64,000 nt of DNA. Source: Octopus vulgaris (Eukaryota). Below, piece after piece: positions 12,715 to 25,835 of the stretch. The notes beneath the pieces are model-generated. The model was not told where the DNA came from and searched no databases. It was given only the letters and a program-made list of their open reading frames with translations. The first letter of the stretch is position 1. Each line of letters starts with the position of its first letter. The stretch spans positions 18,166,001 through 18,230,000 of the forward strand of contig OX597839.1 in NCBI GenBank assembly GCA_951406725.2, written 5' to 3'. A program made the translations under genes and the position numbers.

Positions 12715-13519
12715 TTAACCCTTTGGCATTCAGATTATTCTGTCTAATGTTATTATGGAGATGTACTTGCATAGCAAGTGACCTGATCTGAGATTGTGTG
12801 CTGGAACGAAAACAACTGCAGCATGGAAGGTGTTTATAAGCCATTTAAGAAACATACAAAAACCGTTAGATTCACTTCAACATTTAACCCTTTCGTTACT
12901 GTATTTATTTTGAGATGCTCTGTGTTTCTTTCAATTATTTTAAATATAACAAATAATTTAGTAAAATAACTTAGTTATCATTAAGTTAGTGTTAGAACCG
13001 TAAATTGTGACTAAGGCTTGGTGGAACATTTCAATTCAAAACTTATGAAAACAAGACATTTTACCAAGGAGCCAGAGCCAGTTTTGGCCGGGTTGGTAAC
13101 GAAAGGGTTAAATGTCTAATGTAATGCTTAGTTATTCCCATGGTTTTTAACTGATCATGCAATATCTCATAGATTCAAGATTTTGATGATGTGATTGCAC
13201 ATCTTTAGAGTGACATTGCAGAGTAAGTGTGAGAGGCCAGATTTGGTTGGGTTTATATAAAAAGGTAAAATATTTGAGCAGGATATGGCTGGTTTAACCC
13301 TTTATTATTCAGGTTACTCTGCCAAATGTAATGCTTATTTATTCACAGTTTTGAATTTATCATGCAGTATGTCATAGGTTCAAGATTCCAACAATGTGTT
13401 TATTTATTTTTAGAACAACATTGTAGGTTAGGTGTGAGAGGCCAAATCTGACTGGTTTGAGCATAAAACATTTAGAATACTCAGTCCTTACAGGTCCAGT
13501 TTAAATGCTAAAAGGTTAA
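12715..13519. mobile_element. Nested cluster: piggyBac-type MITE E split by a fold-back-family fragment that itself holds MITE F, followed by a second MITE E
   Basis: ttaaccctttggca at 12715; tgtctaatgt duplicated at 12741-12750 and 13113-13122; MITE F 12884-13111 has TIRs ccctttcgttac / gtaacgaaaggg inside TTAA; second copy ~13294-13519. Confidence 0.8.
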
Positions 13520-13583
13520 AACCGGGAGATTGCATCCTATGTCTAGGTGCAGTGTCAGATGGGTTTGCATAACAAGGGTTAAA

Positions 13584-13815
13584 AGGCAGCGAGCTGGCAG
13601 AATCGTTAGCACACCGGGCGAAATGCGTAGCCGTATTTCGTCTGCCGTTACGTTCTGAGTTCAAATTCCGCTGAGGTTGACTTTGCCTTTCATCCTTTCG
13701 GGGTCGATAAATTAAGCACTAGTTACGCACTGGGGTCGATGTAATCGACTTTATCCCTTTGTCTGTCCTTGTTTGTCCCCTCTGTGTTTAGCCCCTGGTG
13801 GGCAATAAAGAAATA
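13584..13815 (+). mobile_element. SINE family B, best-preserved copy
   Basis: tRNA-like head (gagctggcagaatcgttagc...gagttcaaattcc B-box-like), core ctttgcctttcatcctttcggggtcgataaa; many homologous fragments across the window. Confidence 0.85.
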
Positions 13816-13859
13816 AGGGTTAAAATTGTGAGAGTATTCACATAGAGTAATTCAAGGTA

Positions 13860-14090
13860 CCCTTACACACAACCCTGGATTACTCAGCCATACTACTAGT
13901 AAATCCTTCTCCCAGTTCTTTGTTGCCACTCTACAGTCACATAGCTAGCATAGGGGCCATTTAGCAAGGCCAGTTTCGCCATTCTCACCCATGTTTCATA
14001 AAATTTACTGCAAGACAGCACCTCCCTCTCTACCTTCACCTTCATTCTAAAGTGGTACTTGAAGAAGTTGACATACAACTTCCTTACTAT
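13860..14090 (-). mobile_element. LINE ORF C-terminal remnant (clade uncertain, possibly L1/Tx1)
   Basis: Translation VNFFKYHFRMKVKVEREVLS..KFYETWVRMAKLALLNGP resembles RWLNVARMASMNGP at 47733-47795. Confidence 0.45.
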
Positions 14091-14671
14091 AAACCACTTG
14101 GGTGAGGAAGGTGGTAATTAAATCATAATAATAATTGTTTCTAATTTAGTTTATGAGATCAGTATGTTTTTCTTTTTTTTTTCTTTCATTTACCTTCAAC
14201 TATAGATATAAGGCCTGAAATTATGTGGGAGGGACTCGTCAATTAAATCAACACCAGTGATCAATTTGTACTTATTGTATCAATTCTGAAAGGATGATAA
14301 GCTAAGTCCATCTTAGCCAATTTTAAACTCAGAATGTAAAGAGTCGGATGAAATATTGATTTCAAATTTTGACACAAAGCCAGCAATTTCAGGTGGGGTG
14401 TGGAGTAAGTTGATTACACCAACCCCAGTGCTTGAATGGTAAAGTTGGATGAAAGGTAAAGTTGATCTTGGCAGATCTGAACTCAAAATGTAAAGAGCTA
14501 TATAAAATAATAAGCATTTGGTCTGATATGCTAATGACTCTACCAGCTCACCACCTTCATGGGGTCAGTAATTTACAGAGGAGATTAGTTGATACTATCA
14601 ACCCCAGTACATGACTGGTACTTAATTTCATCAACCCTGAAAGGTCAAAAGGCAAAGTTGACCTTCATGGG

Positions 14672-15070
14672 TTACTCTCTTACTTGTTTCAGTCATCTGA
14701 CTGTGGCCATGCTGGAGCACCGCCTTTAGTCAAGCAAATCAACCCCAGGACTTATTCTTTGGAAGCCTGGTACTTATTCTATCGGTCTGTTTTGCTGAAC
14801 TGGGACGTAAAGTTACGGGGACGTAAACACACCACCATCAGTTGTCAAGCGATGTTGGGGGAACAAACACAGACACACAAAACATATACACACATACATA
14901 CATATATACGACGGGCTTCTTTCAGTTTCTCTCTACCATATGCACTCATAAGGCTTTGGTCTGCGCGAGGCTATAGTAGAAGACATTGCCCAAGGTGCCA
15001 CGCAGTAGGAATGAACCTGGAACCATGTGGTTGATAAGCAAGCTACTTACCACACAGCCACTCCTGCACC
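14672..15070 (-). mobile_element. SINE family A, full-length
   Basis: Collinear reverse complement of 56921-57315. Confidence 0.9.
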
Positions 15071-15452
15071 TATATTTGAACTTGGGATGTAAAGAGCTGG
15101 GACAAATCCTGCCAAGCAGTTTTCTTGACAATTCAGCAAAGCCAAATAATAACAATGGTTTCAAATCCACCAAATCCACTCACAAGGTTTTGGTCAGTTT
15201 GGGGGGGGGGGCTGTAGTAGAAAACACTTGGTGCTGCACAGTGGGACTGAACCAGAAACCCATGTAGTTGGGAAGTAAACTTCTTATCCACACAGCCACG
15301 CCTGCATCTGTGCGAAAGGATTTTCATTCTTCGGCTATGTACAGCTAATACAACATAACTATAATTTGTCTGTCATTACTGCTGCTGCCACTACTACTAC
15401 TACCACCACCATTGATTCCTTCACAACATTACTACTACAGCTGCTGCTGCTG

Positions 15453-15492
<40 letters not shown>

Positions 15493-15859
15493 AGGGGGAA
15501 TGCTCACCATTAACGCCCACCTCAAGTACAATGCAACTGTCACCCTTGAACCAGTGAAGCAGCCTCTACGTGGTAGCTTGACCTCCTAGAAATAACAATC
15601 AAATCTCTCCCCATCCCCTTCTAATTCTGCCATGGCCCCTACTGAATTTTGATAAATTACATGTTGAATGATGTAGTCTGGAGTGGGGTGGAGTGGATGG
15701 GAGTTGTTTTCGCCCTGGCACATAATATGAAGGCAGGATGGTCACTATTGGGATGTCTTTTTGGTTGATCTGATTGATCAATGCCGGCCTGGGGTTCAAG
15801 GATAACAACCAAACAACTGTCACCATCGGCAATGATGCTACAACACAACCATCCCTGCC

Positions 15860-16260
15860 TTTACCATCACTACCACCACCACCACCACCACCACCATCAT
15901 CACTACCACTACTTCTACAACCACCACCACCACCACTATTACTACTGCTATTATCACCACTACCATCACCACCACCACTACTACTACTACTACTACCACT
16001 ACCATCATCACTACTGCTACTACTGCTACTATCACGACTACCACCATCACCACTACTGCAACTACTACTACTGCAGCCGCAGCCACTGCATCTACTATTT
16101 CCACCACTATTACTACTACTACTACTACTAGTACATTAATATCAGTGCCATAAAATTACTACCACCATAACAACAACAACAACACAAGCTTGATCGACCC
16201 TACCACTACCACTGCTACCACAATCAACACTACTACCACCACCAGCAACACCACCTGTTG
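15860..16260. repeat. (CAC/TAC)n trinucleotide low-complexity tract
   Basis: Mixed cac/cat/tac triplets; similar tracts at 35790-36640, 61980-62450 and 63490-64000. Confidence 0.9.
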
Positions 16261-16488
16261 TTGAGTTGCCTATAAATACTTTCTCATTCTCACTCTTCCT
16301 TTTATATATCCTCTCTATCTTCTCGCCCCCCTCTCTCTCTCTCTCTCTCTCTCTTACTGTCTTACAAATGCTTCTTCTCACATCTCTTTTACTATCTCTC
16401 TCTTCCCCTCTTTCTTCCTCTTCCTCTCTCTCTCATACTCTTAGACACTCTTATTCTCTCAACCATTCACTCTCTCTCCCTCTCTCAC

Positions 16489-16524
<36 letters not shown>

Positions 16525-17127
16525 CCTTCTTCTCCCTGTCTTCCTCTCTTTCTCCCTCTCTCTCAAACTCATATCTTCAAGTACCTACTCTCTCGTACTC
16601 TTACTCTCATTCATTCAGTCATTTACTCTCTTTCTTACTCTCTCCCTTTTTATCTCACTCTCATCCTGCCTACTCCTCCTCCTCCTCACCTCTGTATTTT
16701 CTTTTTCTCCAAGACAATTTATTTTAAAATATTACATGTTAAGAAATCCCTGTAGACAGAAATATATAAAGGAATCTGACAACCAGCCAACCAGCCAGCC
16801 AACCATGCAAAACCTTACCTTTTTTTCCTCCCACAAACCTCCACCCACCAACCCTACCATCTACTTCCACAGTCTGCATCTTCTCACCTAATATCCCTTC
16901 CTTCATTCCCCATCACCACCCCCACTCTTTCCTTTCCCATTTTCACAATAATAATAATGATAATAATAATAATAATAATAATGATAATAGTGTTAATAAT
17001 TTATTTTATTAGCCACAGGGGCATAGATGATGGGGACATCACAAGGACAGACAACAGTTTGTGTGGAAAATTACATGGAGAAGAAAGAAATGAAGACAGT
17101 GAAATGCAATAAAAGTACACATGGTAT

Positions 17128-17860
17128 AGGTGCAGGCATGGCTGTGTGTGTGTGGTAAGAAGATTGCTTTCCGACCAGATGGTTCCGGGTTCAGTCCCAC
17201 TGTGTGACACTTTAGGCAAATGTCTTCTACTATAGCCTCAAGCTGACCAAAGCCTTGTGAGTGTATTTGGTAGACAAAAACTGAAAGAAACCACTGTGTG
17301 TGTGTTGTCCCAGTTTGTATTTTTCTACATATAATAATATATATATATATATATATTAACAATTTAATAGAAATTGTAGTTGTGATACCCATGCCGGTAG
17401 CACGTAAAAAGCACCATCCGTACGTGGCTGATGCCAGCGCCGCCTTGACTGGTTTCTGTGCCGGTGGCACGTAAAAAGCACCAACTGATCGTGACCACTG
17501 CCAGCCTCCCTTGGCACAAGCACCCATAGAGTGGTTGGTGTTAGGAAGGGCATCCATCTGTAGAAACACTGCCCGATCAGACTGGAGCCTGGTGCAGCCT
17601 CCTGGCTTCCAAGACCCCAGTCGAACCGTCCAACCCATGCTAGCACAGAAAACGGACGTTAAACGATGATGATGATGATATGTATGTGTGTATTTTTGTG
17701 TGTCTGTGTTTGTCCCCCACTCCCACCGCACCCGATGTTGATAACCAATGTTGGTGTCTTTACAGCCTTGTAACTTAGCGGTTTGGCCAAAAGAGACCGA
17801 TGGAATAAGTACTAGGCTTACGAAGAATAAATCCTGGGGTCAAATTGTTTGACTAAAGGC
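17128..17860 (+). mobile_element. SINE A with SINE C (~17370-17678, plus) inserted in its central microsatellite
   Basis: A 5' half 17128-17300; C body ggttggtgttaggaagggcatcc...ggacgttaaacgatgatgat; A 3' half ~17695-17860, truncated by the next element. Confidence 0.8.
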
Positions 17861-18080
17861 GAAAAACATATGAAAACCTTAGAGATACCCTACAATCTAG
17901 ATGTATTGCAAAAGTTGGCATTACTTGGAACTGCATGCATATTGCATAAAGTTCTGTCTGTCTGGGGCCCCTGTTGTGACTTGACAAACAGTACAAACCC
18001 CTGGTAGACACAATATCTTCAATCAACAACCTCACGATAATGTATAGTATGTGACGGCTATAATAATAATAATAATAATT
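17861..18080 (+). mobile_element. R4/Dong-clade LINE 3' fragment ending in (TAA)n
   Basis: Frame from 17861: EKHMKTLEIPYNLDVLQKLALLGTACILHKVLSV, matching the QK..LLGT..ILR.VL C-terminus of R4/Dong elements; (taa)n tail follows. Confidence 0.7.
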
Positions 18081-18794
18081 TATTAGCCACAACAGCTCTT
18101 AGCTCATTGTTCTAGATTTATAGTTTCTCTCCTATGTTGCTTGTGAGAGTGTGTATGCGTCTTTAGATTTGTGTGTGTGTAGGTTTATATGTATGAGTTA
18201 GTGTTCATTTTTTTTTTTAATTCGTTTCAGTCATTGGACTGCAGCTATGTTTAGGTACCCCCTTGAAGGGTTTTAGTCGAGTGAATCAGCCCCCACCCCA
18301 GTGCTTTATTTTTTAAAAATCTGATACCTATTGTATCCATATCTTTTGTTGAGCTGCTAACATATGGGGATGTAAACAAAGCAACACTGGTTGTCAGGCA
18401 GTAGAAAGGCACAGACAAAGACACACACACACATCAATGAGTGAGTGTGTATGTGTGTGTGTTTATTTGCATATATGTATGTGTATGTTGAGTGTGACTG
18501 TTTTATGTCATCAGATACACACATCATGACTTCATGTTCGATGGCAAAGAATACTAACACTAACAGTCAAGGCCTGCAAAGAAAATCTGTGGAAATAATT
18601 CAAGATGCCCATTATGAAAAGAATAGCAGAGGAGCCAAAACAACTCCACAGCCTAAAGATGTGGCTGAGATAGCCTAGAAACATTTATGGTGAAGTTGAA
18701 TTGGGTTCTGATATGCAAACATAGCTATGTTTTCAATATGTTTGAAAGAAAAGAGAAGCTATTCACCCTATGTACATGTATGTGTGTGTGTGTG

Positions 18795-18854
<60 letters not shown>

Positions 18855-18858
<4 letters not shown>

Positions 18859-19068
18859 AGGGAAGAAATGGAGCCGAACGAAGATTCTACAAAATTCCTT
18901 TTTATTATTTTCTACACATGTTTCAAAGGCTGCAAATTCCCAAATTCGGATTGAATAAGGAGACCATTCTGCAGCTTTCTCTTTTCTGGTGTGATTTTTG
19001 CTACACAGGTATCGGTTAAATTTTGAATAATCCGTAACAAGATAATTCATTTATCCATTTCATTAAAA
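18855..19068 (-). mobile_element. (TA)n-embedded Penelope-like fragment with a hammerhead-like remnant
   Basis: Minus strand: aaagctgca...tgcagcctt stem followed by tGAAACATGT (palindromic ACATGT); CUGANGA box decayed; long (TA)n on both sides. Confidence 0.45.
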
Positions 19069-19650
19069 TATATATATATATATATATATGCTGGTGGAAC
19101 GTAAAAAGCACCATCCATACGTGGTCGATGCCAGCGCCGCCTTGACTGGCTTCCCAAAGTGCTGTGCAGTGAGGCTAAACCCTAGACCATACGATTCGGA
19201 AGCGAGTTTCTCGACCACTTAGTGACGCCTGCAGCTATGCATTACATTATTCAGCATGTCTTGCCTTCTTTAAAACAGCAAGTTGTGATTTGAGGAAGAT
19301 TTGGCTGCTACTTCTAGCTGCTCAAGTGACCGCATAGACGCTTCTTCATTGATTGCAAGCGAGAATGAAAAACAGAGACAGACGGAAAGAAAGCAGTGTA
19401 ACTTAATCTATTAAGCACATTGCACTGGTTTACTTAACCCCCTTCCTACACCTGCACAGACCCTTCCCTTTCTAAAGGGAGTTTGGATGAGGTGGGATGG
19501 CAGAGGGGGGTGGGAGCGTTATCTTGAAATAGTGGGGGTTAGATAAACAGTTGTGTGACCAGGGGGAGGGCAGGGGGTGTTTGTTAATATTATTGTTTCA
19601 GTTGACTTGGTATATAGTGTAACCTACCTCACTCTAGAATCAACTTCCAG

Positions 19651-19686
<36 letters not shown>

Positions 19687-19689
19687 TTC

Positions 19690-20076
19690 TCTTCTGCTTG
19701 CTTCAGTCATTAGACTACAGCCACACTGGGACGCTGCCTTGAAGGATCTTTAGCCAAATGAACCAATCCTAGTACCTTTTTTTTGTTCTTTTAAGCTTGT
19801 CATCTTATTCTGTTGGTTTCTTTTGCCAAACCACTAAGTCATGAGGATGTAAACACACCAACACCAGTTATCAATCAATGGTGGGGTACAAACATAGACA
19901 CAAAGACACACACACATACATACATACATACGATGGGCTTCTTTCAGTTTCCATCTACCAAATCCACTCACAAAGCTTTGGTTGGCCTGGGGCTATAGTA
20001 GAAAACACTTGCCCAAGTTGCCACGCCATGGGACTGAACCCAAACCCAAATTTCTTACCACACAGCCACACCTGCA

Positions 20077-20078
<2 letters not shown>
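19690..20078 (-). mobile_element. SINE family A, full-length, diverged
   Basis: Collinear with 14672-15070. Confidence 0.8.
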
Positions 20079-20125
<47 letters not shown>

Positions 20126-20770
20126 GTGTGTGTGTATATATATATATATATTCACACTTCATGCATAGTATATATGAATGCACTTCATACATACATGCAC
20201 ATTACATCTCATACACATATCCTCTGCAGATATATATATATGCACACACTTTTAGTGTGGGTGTGTGTGTATGGTGTAGGCCATGGGTGTGTGGTTAAGA
20301 AGTTTGCTTTGCAGCTACATCGTTTCAGGTTCAGTCCCACTGCACAGCACTTTAGACAAGTGTCTCTTCTGCTCTAACCCTGGGCCAACTGGGGGAATTT
20401 CGTAAAAGAGGATAGTGTGCAAAATTAGAAATCAGTTACATATTCATCTATATGCATGTGTGTGTGGGTATGAATGTATATATATTTGTATGAGTTTGTG
20501 TATGTGTGTGTGTGTGTATGTATGTGTGTGTATATATACATACACACACACACACACACATATATATACATACATATATATATATATATATATTCACGTA
20601 TATTTGTAAGTCTGTATATGTGTATGTGTGTGTGTGTATATATATATGCTTATTTGTATATATGCATGTGTGTGTATGATGTGTGTACACATCACACACT
20701 CTCTTTCCCAGTTCCTCTCCCTCACGCCACTCTTTCTCTCTCCTCTTCCTGCCTCCCTAGTTTTTCTCTG

Positions 20771-20801
<31 letters not shown>

Positions 20802-21861
20802 GCTCTCCTGCTACTCTGTGTCGCACGCAAAACAGCCAACCAGTTCAATCAATCTATATCTGTTTAGTTTAATAAATAGGAAAATACAAACTGGTTGAAA
20901 ATTTGCCAAGTCTGGTAAAAGTACTTTTGTGTGTGCGTATGTGTGTGTTTGTGTGTATCTGACTGACTGAAGCTGTGTGTATGTGTGTGCCTTTCTCAGC
21001 ATGTCCTTCCTATGTATGTGACTATGTGCCTCCTGTGTTCCCCTCAGCCCTCATCATCCTGTGTGGTGGAAGGGACAGGGTAGGTGGGCAATGATAAACA
21101 AACAAATAGGTATTTTATGCATTATATCCTATAAGCTGGTCTCTGATTGAACTTACCTTAGCAGCTGGGGTGGTTTACATATGTTGGTGACAAAGGCACA
21201 TATATATGAGTGATGATGATGGTGGTGGTGATGATGCTGATGATGATGATGGTGCTGGTGATGATAGAGGTTTAGGTGATGGGTGGTGGGAGTCTAAAGG
21301 GTAGCTTGGTGGTGGATGGAGGTGGTAGTGTCTCTCTGATAAGGTTGAAGAAATATCTGGCTTGAGGAGGATAACTAGGGTACACAGATTTGAATTAGCA
21401 ACCCAGCCATGTACAAAATGGTGATTCTGTACTGTATTAATATTGCTGCTGTTGGCAGCACTAGCAGCTAGGGGGGGGGGGGGTATATGTGTGTGTGTGT
21501 GTGTGTGTGTATGTACGCGGGTGTGTTCATGTGTCTGTCATTGTATCCATTAGTGTGTCAGTGTGTCAGTGTGTCCGTTAGTATGTCCATGTCTGCCAGC
21601 AGCATGGCTGAATGGTTAAGAAGTTCCCTCTACAATCACAAAAGACTCTGGTTCAATTCCACTACATAGTATTTGGGGGCAAGTACCATTTACACTAGCG
21701 GTTCCCCAACCTTTTTTTTTTTTTTTATGCAGCACAGGCTGGTTTCATGCAGAACAATTTTTCCACAGAATAGGGAATCACATGCAATTATTGTGCTTAA
21801 TATATAATTTAATTATGACATATATAACGAATATATAGTACATATATATATATATTACATA

Positions 21862-22074
21862 TAGGAGGGGGTGCTGAAAAGTTCCTGGCTTTAAGGATAT
21901 CACAGAAAGGCCTGGTTGGAGGTCTAACCTTCCAAGTTCTTTTACAGGGCTGAGAAAAACTGAAGGACCACTGCAATAAGTGTGTGAATCTGAGAGGGGA
22001 ATATGTTGGACCCTCCTGCATTTTCTTTTACCCAAAGCTAGGAACTTTTAAGTACTCCTTCATATATACATAAT

Positions 22075-22110
<36 letters not shown>

Positions 22111-22605
22111 AAGAAGTGCTGAAAAGTTGCTGGCTTTAAGGGTATCCCAAAGGGCCTGGTTGGAGGTCTAACCTTCTGAGTTCTTTTACAGAGCTTAGAT
22201 AAACTGAAGGACCGCTGCAATAAGTGTGTGAATCTGGGAGGGGAATATGTTCAATAAAATCATAATTAACTGTTCCTCCTGTATTTTCTTTTACCCAAAG
22301 CTAGGAACTTTATAGCACCTCTTCATGTATATATATATATATGTTTATGAGGGGATACTGAAAAGTTCTTGGCTTTAAGGGTATCACAGAAGGCCTGGTT
22401 GGAAGCCCAAACTTTCAAGTTCTTTTACAGGGCTTAGAAAACCTGAAGGACCTCTGCAATAACTGTGTGAATCTGAGAGGGGAATATGTTGAATAAAAGT
22501 ATAATTAACTGGTCTTCCTGTATTTTCTTTTACCCAGAGCCAGGAACTTTTCAACACCCTCTTGTATGTATGTGTGTATATGTATATATATATATACATA
22601 TATAT

Positions 22606-22668
<63 letters not shown>

Positions 22669-23012
22669 AGGGCTTCGAATGCCCCGTTCGTGTTTTTTGT
22701 ATCGTCTTCTAAGTGTTTTGCGTTCTTGTCCCAGTTTGTATTTTTCTACATATAATATAATAATAATAATAATAATAATATATATATATATGAGAGGAAG
22801 CCTGAAAAGTTCCTGATTTTAAGGATATTGTGAAAGGCCTAGTTTTGGAGGCTTAAACTTCCGAGTACTTTTAGAGGACTTAGAAAAACTGAAGGACCTC
22901 TGCAATAAGTGTGTGAGTCTGGGATGGGAATATGTTGAATAAAATCATAATTAACTGATGCTCCTGTGTTTTCTTTTACCCAAAGCCAGGAACTTTTCAG
23001 CACTCCCTCGTA
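21862..23012 (+). mobile_element. Cluster of four same-orientation mariner-derived MITEs (21862-22064, 22107-22327, 22346-22565, 22789-23012)
   Basis: TIRs like gagggggtgctgaaaagttcctgg / ccaggaacttttcagcactccctcg with TA ends; interior encodes a mariner transposase C-terminus, e.g. LDKLKDRCNKCVNLGGEYVQ* and LEKLKDLCNKCVSLGWEYVE*. Confidence 0.88.
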
Positions 23013-23029
23013 TAATACATAACGTCCAA

Positions 23030-23395
23030 CTCACATGTTCGAAAACAATACTCGACATCAAGTGGTTGCAAAGAGTCTGAAATGACACAATTGAGACAAC
23101 AACGAGGATCAACAGGATCTGTGACAAAATAAGACACAGACACTTTGTCTGGATTGGACATGCCTTCAGACAAGATCGAGAAAGCAATTGTATGGTGACA
23201 CTTTAAGTGGCAGCCTGAGAGGAAAAGAGCAACAAGGCGCCCTAAAGCCATTTATTGTGAAGGACCATTGATGAGGAAAGGAGACAAGAAGGGTGAAGGA
23301 ACTGGGATGAGACCGGAATAGTGATAGAAACCAGACCTAGCTGGAGACACCATGTTGTGGCCTTAAGTGCCTCAGGGCACACAGAGAGAACTGAC
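23030..23395 (+). pseudogene. RTE-clade LINE ORF C-terminal remnant with stops and frameshifts
   Basis: Translates as CSKTILDIKWLQRV*NDTI...KIRHRHFVWIGHAFRQ.../KWQPERKRATRRPK.../RPSWRHHVVALSASG, the WxGH...WxP...R..GRP pattern of RTE 3' ends. Confidence 0.8.
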
Positions 23396-24140
23396 TAATG
23401 TCTAACAAATTCTGGGGTCAATTCCTAATGTCTAACAAATTCTGGGGTCAATTCGTTTGAATAAAAATTCTTAAAGGTGGTGCCCCAGCAAGGCTGTAGT
23501 CTAACGACTAAAACAAGTAAATGAATAAACGATTATCATTAAAAGTGAAAAGAAATACCTAACTCAAAAATACAACACACTGGCCAGTCCAAGAACTGAA
23601 CCTACCACCTAACAACTGGCAAACCTTGCACCCTAACCACTTGGCTATGTTCCAAAAAAATATATAAATATAGATACGTGTGTGTGTGTGTGTGTGTGTG
23701 TGTATTGATATGATTATACTCGTCTTGATCCTGATAATAACAGAAATTTTGTCTTGGAAAAATAATCTTGATGATATCAAGGGCGAGGCCCCTTTTATCT
23801 TCTGAATGAAGATGGCGATGAAGATATATCTGGGTATGGCTGGTGAGTGGAGGGTGTGGGTTCAGGTGGAGCAGGTGTAAGTAAGGCAAGTTTACCTTAA
23901 CTGATAAAAATGTATGGGGGAGTAGTGAATGGTGCAGTGGAAGGGGAGTGCGGAGGAGGAGTGGGAAGAAGAGAAGAAGAAGGGGTTGATAATAAGCAGG
24001 TAAATGTTGGGAGTTGTTTTGATGCCAGCTTCAGTGTTTTCACTCCTCTCTCTCTCCCTCACACACTGAGACATACTGAGACATACTGGAACATTTGCAA
24101 ATGTGTGTGTGTGTGTGTGTGTGTACATATATATATATAT

Positions 24141-24547
24141 AGGCGCAGGTGTGGTTGTGTGGTAAGAAGCTTGCTTCCCAACCACATGGTTCCGGGTTCA
24201 GTCCCACTGTATGGTACTTTGCGCAAGTGTCTTCTACTATAGCCTTGGGACTTGTGAGTGGATTGTGAGATGGAAACTGAAAGAAGCCCATCATATATAT
24301 CCAAGATTCCTTGTTTGCCTATATGTGTTTGTGTCTTTGTCTCTGTGTTTTTCCCCCCATCATCACTTGACAACCGATGCTGGTGTGTTTACGTCCCCAT
24401 AACTTAGCAGTTCAGCAAAAGGGTTGGATAGAATAAGCACTAGGCTTACAAAGAGTAAGTCCTGAGGTTGATTTCTTTCACTAAAATCTTTTAAAGTGGT
24501 GTTCTAGCATGGCCACAGTCAAATGACTAAAACAAGTAAAAGAATAA
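24141..24547 (+). mobile_element. SINE family A, full-length
   Basis: aggcgcaggtgtggttgtgtggtaagaagc...acaagtaaaagaataa. Confidence 0.88.
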
Positions 24548-25464
24548 ACGACTGTAAACAGACAGATAAATAGATGCAGGTGTGGCTGTGTGCTAAGAAG
24601 TTTGCTTCCTGACTACATGGCTCTGGGTTCAATCCTACTTCACAGCACAAAACCTTATGAGTGGATTTGGTAAACAGAAATGCATGGAAGTTAATGTATA
24701 CATGCGTATAAGTATATACGTATGTATACATTAACTTTCATGCATATATGTATATATACATATTTATAGATGTACATACATATATACATCAATAAATATG
24801 TATATATCATATATGTGTGTATGGTTATGCACTACCACATATTTGCATGCAGTTACTCTGTACATATGTGCACATGTATGTACACATCCACACATATGCA
24901 AGAGTGCACACATACACACACATGACTAGTATGTGAACTGTTATATGGTCATTTGACCTGCTAGAAATAAAAGCCAAATCTTCTTCACATTACATCTTAC
25001 TATCTTTAAAAATGAAAAAACAGAAACTGATTGATACATTAGATACTGTAGTCCTAGGGACTGGTTTATAATGGGTAAAACACCTTTTGTCATAGCTCTA
25101 CCTGATGTGAGTGAACCTAGGGTTAAAAAACACATGTATGAATGAATGAGCAACCTGATGAATCACTAGCCTTACAGCTGTCAGTGCACAAGTGATAATC
25201 AACACATCCTTCAGCAAGGGAACCTCTTTATGTGCACTCCAAGCTGCTTGAAATAGCAGCTAAATCTTCCCTTAAGTTATATACCCTAGAGTTTTAAATA
25301 AAGAAGTATTTGTTGGACAATGTAATTTTCTGATGAGTAAACAAGACAGGGTGGCCATGACTGGAATACATGTGACCATATGGTTATTCAGTCAGAAATG
25401 GATTTCTTTCACACAACAGTGAAAGATCTAATACTCATATACACAACATAGATGTATATAGTCA

Positions 25465-25835
25465 CAAGCATGGCTGTGTGGTAAGAAGTTTGCTTCTGAA
25501 CCATATACTTCCGGGTTCAGTCCTCCTGCATGGCACCTTGGGCAAGTGTCTTCTACTATAACCTTGGGCTGACCAAAGACTTGTGAGTGGATTTGGTAGA
25601 CAGAAACTGAAAGAGGCCTGTCATGCATGTGTGTGTGTGTCACCTACCACCACTCAAAAATCAGGTGTTGGTGTCTTTACATCCCTGTAACTTAGCAGTT
25701 CTGCAAGGGACTGATAGAATATGTACCAGGCTCAAAGAAACAAAAAGTACTGGGGATTGATGATTGGTTTGACTAAAATTCTTGAAGGTGCTGCCCCAGC
25801 ATGGCCACAATCAAATGACTGAAACAAGTAAAAGG
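25465..25835 (+). mobile_element. SINE family A, full-length
   Basis: Collinear with 56921-57315. Confidence 0.85.

Noticed and set aside
18514-18678. Possible terminal exon after ttttatgtcatcag
   Set aside because: Short, no recognisable protein similarity, no upstream partner exon found.
23743-23848. AG...GTGAGT-bounded exon-like segment
   Set aside because: All three frames contain stops and the acceptor lacks a pyrimidine tract; at most a non-coding or first exon, unsupported.
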